A stretch of DNA of 64,000 nt from an uncultured Solirubrobacterales bacterium (GCA_963763955.1 CAVXQP010000010.1:156118-220117); one strand, 5' to 3'. Positions 52,794 through 61,792 are shown, numbered from the stretch's first letter. Numbers and translations: made by a program. The notes: generated from the letters alone by a model not told the origin.

Positions 52794-53735
52794 GTCTCTG
52801 AGCTTAGAGCGGCCGGCTCGCGGGCCTCGGCGGCGCTCAGGTGACGCCGCAGGAAGTGGAGCTGGTCGGCGATCGAGCGCTCGCGCCATTCGCCGACGTA
52901 GATGTCGTAGTGCAGGCAGGGGTACTCGCGGACCTCGACACGGCCCTTGGCGCGCCAGGCAGCCGCGCGCGCGGCGGCCGGTGGAGCAACCGAGTCCCGG
53001 TCGGCGATCAGCACGAGGATCGGAGAGCGAAGCTTGTCCATCCGGGTGATCGCCCGGTTGGTCCACTCGGCGAAGGCGGCGCGACCCGTGACCTCATTGC
53101 GCCAGCTCGGCCCGGCGATCGCTCGCATCCCGGGCTCGGACTCCTCGCTGGTCATCGCCGCCAGCTCGCCGGGGCGACCGACGGTGGCGAGCATGAGCGG
53201 CTCCTCTCCGCGGCGCATCCGCAGCGCATCCTTGATGCCGACGAGCGTGACGCGCAGCTGCTGGCCGAGGCCGGCGTACTTGCCGATCTCTCTCAGGGTG
53301 CGCACGCCGTCGAGGTCCGGCGTCTGGGAGATCACAGCCGCGATTCGCGAGTCGTCTGCGCCCACGTAGACCACGTGGCCGCCCGACCAGGAGGTCCCCC
53401 AGAGCACGATCCGCTCGGGATCGACGCCATCGAGGCCGCGGGCGAACTCGACGGCGGCCGCGTAGTCCTCGCGATGCCGGGCGGGCCAGGCGAGCTGGCG
53501 CGGCTCCCCGGTCGACTCCCCGAAGCAGCGGTAGTCGAAGAGCAACACGTCGAGGCCGGCACCGGCGAACGCCTCAGCGAACGGGAGCAGTCCCGAGTCC
53601 TTGGTCGCGCCGAGGCCGTGGGCCATGACGACACAGGGCCGCCCGCCCTCACCCGCGAAGCGCGTCGCCCTCGCCGGTCAGGTGCCAGGCGGCGCAGCTC
53701 TCCCCATGGCTCGGGAAGAAGACGTCGGCGACCAT
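52790..53735 (-). pseudogene. alpha/beta hydrolase with an apparent +1 frameshift near the N-terminus
   Basis: ATG at 53735 lies 2 nt after the FMO stop and encodes MVADVFFPSHGESCAAWHLTGEGDALRG, then a stop at 53659. The main ORF (52790..53626) continues GGRPCVVMAHGLGATKD...LWGTSWSGG. The shift must lie within 53662..53687, a GGG/CCC-rich stretch. Confidence 0.55.
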
Positions 53736-53737
53736 CG

Positions 53738-55156
53738 TCAAACGGGTTGCTCCTCGGCTTCGCCTCGGCGCACCCTCCCATCAGCTGCGGCGGCCTCCGC
53801 CGTCACGACGCGCCCGGCGAGCTTTGGCGCCATTCCGCGGGCGGCGCGCTCACGGCCCGCCGGGATCTCCCTGGTCCAGATGTCGTGCTCGTACGTGTAC
53901 CACTCGATCTCCATGGTGTGCCTGGGCCGATCGGAGAAGGTCGCGGTGTGGATCGCATCGTCGCGGCGGATCGTCTCCTCCATCTCCGCGATGGAGGGGA
54001 GGGCGTAGTCGCCGCCGACATAGCGCGCGACCAGCTTCGACTGCAGCTCGACGAAGGGGAAGAGGGTCGGGATCGCCTGGGCGAACCCGATCAGGGCCAG
54101 GTCGTCGATGCCCGGAGAGAAGATCCGCTTGTAGAGCGGCAGCCGGTTGTCCGGAGCCGAGAGGAGCTCGGGATCGAAGAAGGGGAAGGTGATCTTGTAG
54201 CCGGTTGCGTAGATGATCACGTCGATCTGCTCGACGCTGCCGTCCTCGAAGCGGACGCTGTCGCCCTCGAGCCGCTCGACGTTCGGCTTGGCGACGGCGT
54301 CGCCCGATCCCAGCCGCAGGAGGAGCTCGCTGGAGACGGTCGGGTGCGCCTCCAGGAAGTTGTGGTTGGGGTGGGGGAGGCCGAAGTCCTCCATGCGCCC
54401 GGAGGCCAGCCGCGGCAGGATCCGCGCCACCCGGCGTTGGAGTGAGAGCGGCAGCCGGGGGTTCACCTTGACCAGGGTGTCGGTCGGCCTGCCCAGGAAG
54501 TACTTGGGCATCACCCAGGCGCCGCTGCGGGTGGAGATGAAGACCTTCTCCGCCACGCCCTTGCGCGAGAGCTCCGAGGTGATGTCGACGCCGCTGTTCC
54601 CGATCCCGACCACCAGGACGCGCTTGCCGTAGAGATCGAGGGGATCGTCGGGCCCGATGTAGTGGTGGGCGTGGATCGACTCGCCGTCGAAGTCGCCCGG
54701 GAAGTCGGGGAAGCGCGGGTCCCAGTGATGGCCGTTGCCGACGACGAGGAAGTCGAATTCCTCCGTCGACCCGTCTCCGAGACGGACGCTCCAGCCGCCC
54801 GACGGCTTCCGCTCGGCGTGCTCCACCGGGGTCTCGAACCGGATCCGGTCACGGAGGGAGAAGGCGTCGGCGTAGCGGTGCAGATAGCCCAGGATCTGGG
54901 CGTGGTGGGGATAGTCCGGATACTCGTCGGGACCCATCGGCATGTCGCGGAAGGAGACGCCGTCTCGCGAGGTGTCGATATGGAGCGACTGGTAGGCCGA
55001 CGAGCGCCCGTTGGGATTGCCGAAGTACCAGTTGCCCCCGATGTCGTCGCTCGCCTCGAAGCAGGTATAGGGGAGACCCCAGTCCGAGAACGCCTTGCCG
55101 GCGGTCAGGCCGCTGATGCCGGCGCCGATCACGCAGGTGGTGGGCTTGGCGGGCAT
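53738..55156 (-). CDS. class B flavin-containing monooxygenase (FMO/BVMO-like)
   Basis: 472 aa. VIGAGISGL (FAD), FDGESIHAHHY (FxGxxxHxxxY), VVGIGNSGVDI (NADPH), IIYATGY. Confidence 0.85.
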   Translation of the reverse strand: MPAKPTTCVIGAGISGLTAGKAFSDWGLPYTCFEASDDIGGNWYFGNPNGRSSAYQSLHIDTSRDGVSFRDMPMGPDEYPDYPHHAQILGYLHRYADAFSLRDRIRFETPVEHAERKPSGGWSVRLGDGSTEEFDFLVVGNGHHWDPRFPDFPGDFDGESIHAHHYIGPDDPLDLYGKRVLVVGIGNSGVDITSELSRKGVAEKVFISTRSGAWVMPKYFLGRPTDTLVKVNPRLPLSLQRRVARILPRLASGRMEDFGLPHPNHNFLEAHPTVSSELLLRLGSGDAVAKPNVERLEGDSVRFEDGSVEQIDVIIYATGYKITFPFFDPELLSAPDNRLPLYKRIFSPGIDDLALIGFAQAIPTLFPFVELQSKLVARYVGGDYALPSIAEMEETIRRDDAIHTATFSDRPRHTMEIEWYTYEHDIWTREIPAGRERAARGMAPKLAGRVVTAEAAAADGRVRRGEAEEQPV

Positions 55157-55201
55157 GAGCGCCCGGGAGTCTAGGGAACTGGCTGGCTGGCCAAATCCGG
55201 C

Positions 55202-55948
55202 TCAGACGTCGGAGGACACGTTGATCCCGAGGTTGTTGAGGAGGTCCTGCGCCCAGTGGTTGAAGGTGTTGAACCAGCCGGTCAGGATCGCCACGCCGAA
55301 GGCGATCAGGATGAGGCCGCCGATCGCCATGATCACGGGGTAGTGGCGCTTGATGACGGCGAACGCGGTGGTCATCCTGGTGAACGCCACCGAGGTGAGC
55401 AGGAAGGGGATCGCCAGACCGGCCGAGTAGACGGCCAGCAGGAAGGCGCCATGCGCAGCCGAGCCGGAAACCGCCGCGGCCCCGAGGATGGCGGCGAGCG
55501 TGGGACCGATGCACGGCGTCCAGGCGATGCCGAAGGCGGCCCCCGCGATCAGCGGTCCGCCGGTACCGGCGCGCTCCAGCAGCCCCTCGACGTGCCACTC
55601 GCGGTTGAGCTGAGGGATGAACAGGGCGCTGACGAAGAAGAGCCCCATGGCGATGATCAGCCAGCCGGCGATCTTGTCGAGGAGGAGCTGGTGCTGCTGC
55701 AGGGCGCTGCCGATGCCGGTCGCACCGAGGCCGAGCAGGATGAAGATCACCGAGAAGCTCGAGACGAAGAGGAGGCTGGGGACGATCACCCGCCGCCAGT
55801 TCGCCTTCTCCAGGTCGGCCGCCGCCACCCCGGTGACGGCAGAGAGATAGCCCGGGACCAGCGGCAGCACGCAGGGCGAGAGAAACGAGACCATGCCGGC
55901 GGCCAGGGCCGTCAGGACTCCGACACCCGACGCTGGATCGCTGCTCAT
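55202..55948 (-). CDS. ccdA: cytochrome c biogenesis protein CcdA (DsbD-family thiol-disulfide transporter)
   Basis: ATG at 55948 in ORF 55202..56158. LAAGMVSFLSPCVLPLVPGYL, FGIAWTPCIGPTLAAIL, 6 or more TM segments. Confidence 0.85.
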   Translation of the reverse strand: MSSDPASGVGVLTALAAGMVSFLSPCVLPLVPGYLSAVTGVAAADLEKANWRRVIVPSLLFVSSFSVIFILLGLGATGIGSALQQHQLLLDKIAGWLIIAMGLFFVSALFIPQLNREWHVEGLLERAGTGGPLIAGAAFGIAWTPCIGPTLAAILGAAAVSGSAAHGAFLLAVYSAGLAIPFLLTSVAFTRMTTAFAVIKRHYPVIMAIGGLILIAFGVAILTGWFNTFNHWAQDLLNNLGINVSSDV

Positions 55949-56039
55949 CTTGGGGATTCTGGCGCACGCGCCGCCCGGCGGACGTACTCCCAGTCGTAGT
56001 GCCTGACTACCGTGTTTTGTACGGAGTGTTTCTGCGGAT

Positions 56040-56190
56040 GGAAACGGATGTCCCGCAATACGGGCCTGCGTAGGCTTGGGCTTCATCCGGATCCCCGGCC
56101 AACTGCACCCTTTAACAGGCGTCCAGCACGTTGGCCAACCCGGCGAGGCGGCCTTCATCCCCCTGGGGTCGCCTCGCCGGGCCTTTTTTC
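56040..56190 (+). ncRNA. candidate small RNA ending at an orphan intrinsic terminator (5' end undetermined)
   Basis: 296-nt gap between two minus-strand genes contains a plus-strand terminator with no plus-strand CDS upstream. The CUUCAUCC element occurs twice, each followed by a C-run (56081 and 56153). Codon usage of the overlapping ORF 56012..56410 is non-coding-like. Confidence 0.35.
56139..56190 (+). terminator. rho-independent terminator (12-bp GC stem plus T6)
   Basis: CCCGGCGAGGCG-(19 nt C-rich loop)-CGCCTCGCCGGG followed by CCTTTTTTC. The T tract is present only on the plus strand. Confidence 0.7.
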
Positions 56191-56244
56191 GGGCCTCTTG
56201 TTGGGATCATACGGCGCGAGAGTAAATGAGGCCGGGCCGGCCGC

Positions 56245-57135
56245 CTACGGCTCCGGCCCTGGGTCCTGCCCGAGGATGCTCCGCAGGGAACGGGCGGCCT
56301 TCGGGGCGAGCTCTCGCGCGTTGTTGTTGAACATCACGTGCACCTGCTCGGCTTCCTGCTCGAGCGCGGTGGCGCGCTCGTCGATCTCCTCCAGCTCCTT
56401 CTTCGAGTAGTCGTAGTCGAAGCGCTCGGCGACGCTGCGGCCGTGAAGGTAGCCCTCGGTGTTCCGCCCGTGGCAGCGCATGTAGGCCAAGGAGTCGTTG
56501 GTGACCGCGTCGATCGGGGGGAAGATCGGGACGTGGTCGCCGGGCGGGGTATCGACGCAGACGAAGACGGCCTCGTGTGCCGAGAGCCAGTCGAGGACGC
56601 CCTCGAAGCGCTTGGGCGAGGCCCAGCTCCGCCGGCGGAATTCGACGGCGACCGGGACGGGGGCCAGCCCGTCGATCACCGGGGCCAGCTCGTCGAGCTC
56701 GTTGCGGCGCGGGTCGAAGGCCGGGGTGAGCTGCAGCAGGTATGACCCGAGCTTCCCCGCCTCCGCGAGCGGCTGCATCGCCTCCGCCGTCCGCCGCACC
56801 ATCTCGTCGAGCAGCGGCCGGTCGAGCAGCACCCGTCCGCGCTCGTTCGTCTCCACCTCGTCCCGGAGGTCAGGGGGCAGCTCCTTGAGCTGGGCGGCGT
56901 GGTGGGAGAGGAGACGGTGGAGCTTGACGTCGAAGCTGAACCGCTCCGGCGTTCTCTTCGCCCAGCCCTCCACCGTCGAGATCGCGGGGATCGCATAGAA
57001 GCTCGAGTTCAGCTCGACGGCATCGAAGCGTTCAGCGTAGAAGTCCAGCCGGTCCTTGGCCGCCAATCCCTTCGGATACCAGTACTCGACGAAGCCGGGG
57101 TCCGACCAGCTCGAGGTGCCGACGATGATCGTCAC
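56245..57135 (-). CDS. DUF72 (UPF0759/YecE-like) domain protein
   Basis: 296 aa. IIVGTSSWSDPGFVEYWYPKGL....L.FYAERFDAVELNSSFY, GSYLLQL.P.F, V.VEFR..SW, MFNNN. Confidence 0.78.
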   Translation of the reverse strand: MTIIVGTSSWSDPGFVEYWYPKGLAAKDRLDFYAERFDAVELNSSFYAIPAISTVEGWAKRTPERFSFDVKLHRLLSHHAAQLKELPPDLRDEVETNERGRVLLDRPLLDEMVRRTAEAMQPLAEAGKLGSYLLQLTPAFDPRRNELDELAPVIDGLAPVPVAVEFRRRSWASPKRFEGVLDWLSAHEAVFVCVDTPPGDHVPIFPPIDAVTNDSLAYMRCHGRNTEGYLHGRSVAERFDYDYSKKELEEIDERATALEQEAEQVHVMFNNNARELAPKAARSLRSILGQDPGPEP

Positions 57136-57171
57136 GCGCTAACTATCGCTCTCGCGGGGTATTGGTGGCCC

Positions 57172-58221
57172 ATGCCTCGCCTGAGACGAAGTGACTGCGC
57201 CATCGCGGGAATCAAGCGCCGGAGGCGGGGGAGGGGCTTCGAATACGTCGACGAGGGTGGGGAGCGGATCGAGGATCCCGACGTGGTCGAGCGCATCCGG
57301 GCGCTCGCCATTCCGCCGGGCTGGGAGGACGTCTGGATCTGCGCGGACCCCCTCGGCCACATCCAGGCGACCGGGGTGGACGCCAGAGGTCGCAAGCAGT
57401 ACCGCTATCACGACCTCTGGCGCGAGCGGCGTGACCGCCAGAAGTTCGACGCGATGCTGGACTTTGGCCGAGCGCTCCCGAAGCTGCGCCATCGAGTCGA
57501 GCGAGATCTCCGCAAGCGGCGCATCTCCCGCGAGCGAGTGCTCGCCTGCGCCGTGCGGCTGCTCGACCGTGGCTTCTTCCGGATCGGCTCGGAGGACTAC
57601 GCCGAGGAGAACGAGACCTACGGGTTGGCGACCATGCGAAAGCGCCACGTGACGGTGGACGGAAGCACGGTTGTCTTCGACTACGAGGCGAAGGGAGGCA
57701 AGCGCCGAGTGCAGGTCGTGGGGGACCGCTCGATCGCCGGGCTGGTCAAGACGCTCCGCGCCCGTCGCGGCGGCGGGCACGAGCTGCTCGCCTATCGGAA
57801 CGGGAGCTCCTGGCGGGACATCAAGTCCACCGAGATCAACGACTACATCCAGGAGACGCTCGGGGAAGGACACAGCGCCAAGGACTTCAGGACCTGGAAC
57901 GCGACGGTGCTCGCCGCCGTGGTCCTAGCCGCCTCGGCGCGGGAGCGGGATCTGGAGACGAAGGGCTCGCGCGCCCGGGCCAAGCGCGACGCGGTCAAGC
58001 AGGTCGCTCACTATCTCGGCAACACGCCAGCGGTCTGCCGGGCCTCCTACATCGATCCGCGCGTCTTCGACCGCTTCGATGGGGGCCTCACCGTGGGCGG
58101 AGTCTTCGAGCGCCTTCCGGAGGACCCCGCCGACTGGCCCCAGGTGCAAGGGCCGATCGAGAAGGCCGTCCTCGACCTCATCGACCGGCGTGATTCCCCT
58201 GCGATCGAGCGCGTGGACTGA
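57172..58221 (+). CDS. DNA topoisomerase IB (poxvirus-like bacterial type)
   Basis: ATG at 57172 in ORF 56899..58221. GFEYVDE.G..I.D......I..LAIPP.WEDVWIC....GHIQATG.DARGRKQYRYH..W, FRIGSE.YA..N.TYGL.T, AKDFRTWNAT, HYLGNTPAV.RASYI (catalytic Tyr region). Confidence 0.85.
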   Translation: MPRLRRSDCAIAGIKRRRRGRGFEYVDEGGERIEDPDVVERIRALAIPPGWEDVWICADPLGHIQATGVDARGRKQYRYHDLWRERRDRQKFDAMLDFGRALPKLRHRVERDLRKRRISRERVLACAVRLLDRGFFRIGSEDYAEENETYGLATMRKRHVTVDGSTVVFDYEAKGGKRRVQVVGDRSIAGLVKTLRARRGGGHELLAYRNGSSWRDIKSTEINDYIQETLGEGHSAKDFRTWNATVLAAVVLAASARERDLETKGSRARAKRDAVKQVAHYLGNTPAVCRASYIDPRVFDRFDGGLTVGGVFERLPEDPADWPQVQGPIEKAVLDLIDRRDSPAIERVD

Positions 58222-58259
58222 ACCTCGTCAGGAATCCCCTGCTTGCGAAGGCCCTCGCG

Positions 58260-58604
58260 CTAGTAGGGGCGGATCAGACCCGGACGCCCTCTTCGGCGGC
58301 GACGCGGTGAGGGCCAGTCCGGCCGCTCCCAGACCTGCTGGGCCCGTGCGATGGCCTCCTGCTCGACCCTCGGGTGGCAGCGGCGGCAGACCGGCTCGAG
58401 GTTCTCGAGCACGTCCAGCCCGCCATAGCGCCGCGGGATCTTGTGGTGCGCGACGAGGTCGTCACGGGAGCCGCAGGCGACGCACTCAGCGCCGGATGTG
58501 ACAGCGACCGAGAGCACCGGCCATGCCAGGTGTGTCGGGGATTGCTTCATCTGCGCCGACCCCAATTCCACACGAGCGACCGGATGCACGCCATGCTGAG
58601 ACAC
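58260..58604 (-). CDS. HNH endonuclease (small, stand-alone)
   Basis: CVACGS...LVAHHKIPRRYGG.DVLENLEPVCRRCH is an HNH/ββα-Me motif. An alternative ATG lies at 58550. Confidence 0.75.
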   Translation of the reverse strand: MSQHGVHPVARVELGSAQMKQSPTHLAWPVLSVAVTSGAECVACGSRDDLVAHHKIPRRYGGLDVLENLEPVCRRCHPRVEQEAIARAQQVWERPDWPSPRRRRRGRPGLIRPY

Positions 58605-58643
58605 CCGGTAGGCCGTGCCTGAGCGAATGCACGGGAACGGGGG

Positions 58644-58960
58644 TTATGGAAACTCACGCAGAGGCTTCTCGTACCAGCGGTTCGACCGCGGATTCGAGTT
58701 GTAGTCCGGGATCCGCCGGTATCCCGCCCGTTCAAAGCCTCGTTCGCGGGCGCGCCGCTCGAGCTCGTCGAGGATCTGGGTCGCGACGCCGGAGCCCCGG
58801 TACGCCGGCACGACGTACATCCGCTTGATCTCCCTTGCAGTGCCTCGGCCTTGCGGCGCCGCCCTCCACCTGGCGTCGCTTCGACCCCGTCCCGAAGCGC
58901 CTCGGCGAGTTCGAGTGCAACCGGGTCATCGGGTGCGATCTGTCTCAGCTCGATTCCCAT
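58644..58960 (-). pseudogene. GNAT acetyltransferase remnant (internal deletions plus frameshift)
   Basis: N-terminus MGIELRQIAPDDPVALELAEALRDGVEATPGGG is in one frame. EIKRMYVVPAYRGSGVATQILDELERRARERGFERAGYRRIPDYNSNPRSNRWYEKPL is in another frame, with a stop at 58644. The central beta-strands and part of the C-terminal region typical of ~165-aa GNATs are missing. Confidence 0.6.
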
Positions 58961-59009
58961 CGCCTCACCTGAGTTGACATAACGTCGTGCGGTTATCCGC
59001 TTGGACGGG

Positions 59010-59381
59010 TCAGGCCGACGCCGCGATCAGGCCCACGGTCGCCAGGCAGAGCAAGATCCCGGAACCCATCAGCAATCGGGCCTCCTCACGCGAGCTCGGG
59101 ATCATCTCCCCCGTGTCGAGAGCCCGCTCGACCTTGCGGGACCTGCCCGATCCGTAGCCGAACAGGGCGACCGAGTAGAGCGCCCAGCCGATGCCGACCA
59201 CCAGGTACGGCCATTCAGTGCTTGTCCCGCTGAGCTCAGGAACCACCCGGCCGACACCGACTGCGACTGCGATCGAGGTGAGCGCCGTCCGCACCCAGGC
59301 GAGCTCCGTGCGCTCGGCGGCGAGCCGGGTGCGGCGGATCGCATCCCATGCGTCGTCCGGGGTGTCGCCCGCCTTGGCCAC
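59010..59381 (-). CDS. DUF202 (YidH-like) membrane protein
   Basis: GTG at 59381 in ORF 59010..60353. RTRLAAERTELAWVRTALTSIAVAVGVG plus two further TM segments. The upstream part of the ORF is the antisense shadow of the PP2C gene. Confidence 0.7.
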   Translation of the reverse strand: MAKAGDTPDDAWDAIRRTRLAAERTELAWVRTALTSIAVAVGVGRVVPELSGTSTEWPYLVVGIGWALYSVALFGYGSGRSRKVERALDTGEMIPSSREEARLLMGSGILLCLATVGLIAASA

Positions 59382-59429
59382 ACCTGCATCCAACCACGGT
59401 TTCCCTCCGTGCCGATTTACGATTGGCGC

Positions 59430-61064
59430 ATGCCTCTCAAGGATCGGGAGCTGATCACTCCGCCGCCCACCCTGGCAAGTCTGCAGGAGCTCTCCGGGCC
59501 GGCGGTGATCGCGATGCTCATCGCGAGCGCGATCGCGGTCTTGGACGGGCTGGTGGGACGGCAGGCCGTGCTGATCGGGCTGCTGGCTATCCCGCCTGTG
59601 ATCGCGGCCATGAGCGCGTCGCTGCCGGAGACCGGCGTGGTCGGGGCCTTCTGCCTGGTGCTGGCCGTCCTTTCGATCCTCTGGCATCAGAACGTCGCCG
59701 CCGCGCAGTACGTGATCTCGGTCGTGACCGTGATGGCGGGGTTCCTGGCCGGCCTCTGGGTGGCGAGCCTGCGCGTCAACCTGAACCGCGAGCAGGCCGC
59801 GTCGGAGCTGCTCGCCGAAGCCGGCGCGCTGATGGAGGACGCCCTCGACCGTAGGGCGCGCGCCCAGCATCTCGCCGATCTCGCCGTTCCGTCGCTCGGC
59901 GACGTCGCGCTGATCGACGTCCTCACCTCCGAGGGATCGATCGAGCGGATCGCCGCGCGCAGCCGCGGCACCGAGGTCGCGGACATCTTCGTCAAGCTGC
60001 GCGCCGACACGCCGATCGATCCGCATGGCCCCCACCCCGTCGCCGAGGTGATCCGCACCGGCCGGACGAAGTTCCTGGACCGCCTCTCCGACCAGGAGAT
60101 CGATCGGATCACGACCCGCGAGAACGAGCGGGAGCTTCTCCGCCGGCATCGGTTCCAGTCCTGCATCGTGCTCCCGCTCGGCGCCCGCGGATCGGTTCTC
60201 GGCGCCATGACCCTGTGGATCATGCGGCCGGCCAAGGCCTTCGACGAGACCGCCCGACGCACCGCGAAGCGGCTCGCCGACAGGGCCGCCCTCGCACTCG
60301 ACAACGCCCGCCTGCACGAGCAGCAGGCTCACATCGCCTCGGTTCTCCAGCACAGCCTGTTGCCGCGGTCGCTGCCCGAGATCAGGGGCTTCGAGGCCTC
60401 CTCACGCTTCCTGCCGGCCGGTGAGGCATATGAGGTGGGCGGCGACTTCTACGACGTCTTCCGCAGCGGCTTCGGCATCTGGACGGCGGTGATCGGCGAC
60501 GTCTGCGGCAAGGGCCCGGAGGCAGCCTCGCTCACAGCGCTGGCCCGCTACACGGTGCGAACCGCGTCATCGCCCGACAGCTCCCCCAGCCAGGTGCTGC
60601 GGACCCTGCATGAGTCGATCAGCTCCGAGCAGGCCGACCTGCGCTTCTGCACGGCCGCCCTCGCCCAGATAGAGCCGCCGTCCAATGGATCCGGAGCCGC
60701 CCACCTCACAGTTGCCCTGGGAGGCCATCCCCTCCCGCTCGTCCTGCGCAAGAACGGTCGGGTCGACTCGATCGGTGAGCCCGGCACGCTGCTCGGAGCG
60801 CTTCCCAACGTCGTCCTGGCCGATGTCGAGGCCGACCTCGGGATCGGCGACTCGCTGGTGCTCTACACCGATGGGGTGCTGGACGTCAGCGACCGCAGCA
60901 AACGCGACGACCCGGACTGGCTCACCAAGGAGCTATCCAGGTTCGCCGGTAAGAGCGCCGACGAGATCGCCGAACGGCTCGCCCAGGCTGCGATCAAGCG
61001 ACACGGCGGCGAGCCGCGCGATGACATCGCCCTGCTCGTCCTGCACCGCAACGGCGTGCGCTAG
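59430..61064 (+). CDS. membrane-anchored GAF plus PP2C (SpoIIE-type) serine phosphatase
   Basis: ATG at 59430 in ORF 59001..61064. About 4 N-terminal TM segments, a GAF-like middle region (SCIVLPLGARGSVLGAMTLW), then LLPRSLPEI.GFE...RFLPAGEAYEVGGDFYDVF......AVIGDVCGKG..AA, LVLYTDGV, DDIALLVL. Confidence 0.85.
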   Translation: MPLKDRELITPPPTLASLQELSGPAVIAMLIASAIAVLDGLVGRQAVLIGLLAIPPVIAAMSASLPETGVVGAFCLVLAVLSILWHQNVAAAQYVISVVTVMAGFLAGLWVASLRVNLNREQAASELLAEAGALMEDALDRRARAQHLADLAVPSLGDVALIDVLTSEGSIERIAARSRGTEVADIFVKLRADTPIDPHGPHPVAEVIRTGRTKFLDRLSDQEIDRITTRENERELLRRHRFQSCIVLPLGARGSVLGAMTLWIMRPAKAFDETARRTAKRLADRAALALDNARLHEQQAHIASVLQHSLLPRSLPEIRGFEASSRFLPAGEAYEVGGDFYDVFRSGFGIWTAVIGDVCGKGPEAASLTALARYTVRTASSPDSSPSQVLRTLHESISSEQADLRFCTAALAQIEPPSNGSGAAHLTVALGGHPLPLVLRKNGRVDSIGEPGTLLGALPNVVLADVEADLGIGDSLVLYTDGVLDVSDRSKRDDPDWLTKELSRFAGKSADEIAERLAQAAIKRHGGEPRDDIALLVLHRNGVR

Positions 61065-61792
61065 TGGACGTGCATATCGGCTGCTCGGGCTGGGTCTATC
61101 CGCACTGGCGCGAGGTCTTCTATCCGAAGGGCGTCCCGCAGCGCGCTTGGCTCGGGTACTACGCCGAGCACTTCGACACCGTCGAGGTCAACAACACCTT
61201 CTACCGGCTTCCCAAGCCTGCCGCGGTCCAAGGCTGGGCCGAGCACAGCCCGCCGGGATTCACCTTCACCGTCAAGGTCAGCCGCTACCTGACCCACATC
61301 AAGCGCCTGACCATGATCGGGGCGGGGATGAAGCGCTTCTACGAGCCGCTCGAGCCCCTCACCAGCAGCGAAAAGCTCGGGCCGCTGCTCTGGCAATTCC
61401 CGCCGAACTTCCACCGCGACACGGAGCGCCTCTCGAGCGCGCTGGCGGAGCTGCCGCCGGGACGACACGCGTTCGAGTTCCGGCACGAGACCTGGTTCAC
61501 GAACGAGGTCTACGACTTGCTCCGCGCCCACGGCGTGGCCCTGGTGATCGGCGATGAGTCATCTCGGTGGATCAGCACGCCGCTCGTCCGGACAGCCGAC
61601 TGGACCTACCTTCGCTTCCACCACGGCAGTCGAGGCCGCCACGGCAAGTACTCGGACTCGGAGCTCGCGAAGTGGGCCCGCCGGATCGCACAATGGCGAC
61701 GCGACACCGAGGTCTACGCGTACTTCAACAACGACTGGGAGGGATACGCGATCCGCAACGCCCGCCTGCTGAAGAGCAAGCTCGGGCTCTGA
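61064..61792 (+). CDS. DUF72 (UPF0759/YecE-like) domain protein, second copy
   Basis: 242 aa. GTG overlaps the PP2C stop. IGCSGWVYPHWREVFYPKG.....L.YYAEHFDTVEVNNTFYRLP, LLWQFPPNF, FEFRHETW, YFNND. Confidence 0.78.
   Translation: MDVHIGCSGWVYPHWREVFYPKGVPQRAWLGYYAEHFDTVEVNNTFYRLPKPAAVQGWAEHSPPGFTFTVKVSRYLTHIKRLTMIGAGMKRFYEPLEPLTSSEKLGPLLWQFPPNFHRDTERLSSALAELPPGRHAFEFRHETWFTNEVYDLLRAHGVALVIGDESSRWISTPLVRTADWTYLRFHHGSRGRHGKYSDSELAKWARRIAQWRRDTEVYAYFNNDWEGYAIRNARLLKSKLGL

Noticed and set aside
52841-54445. 534-aa plus-strand ORF across the hydrolase and FMO genes
   Set aside because: It is antisense to two motif-bearing genes and its translation is Arg/Gly/Asp-rich.
58973-58978. Consensus TTGACA hexamer on the plus strand in the GNAT-relic/DUF202 spacer
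   Set aside because: There is no acceptable -10 element at 16-18 nt, and the next plus-strand gene is 450 nt away. It is probably coincidental.
59382-60353. Upstream two-thirds of the 447-aa minus ORF 59010..60353
   Set aside because: It is antisense to the GAF-PP2C gene. Only the C-terminal 123 codons (the DUF202 motif) look genuine.
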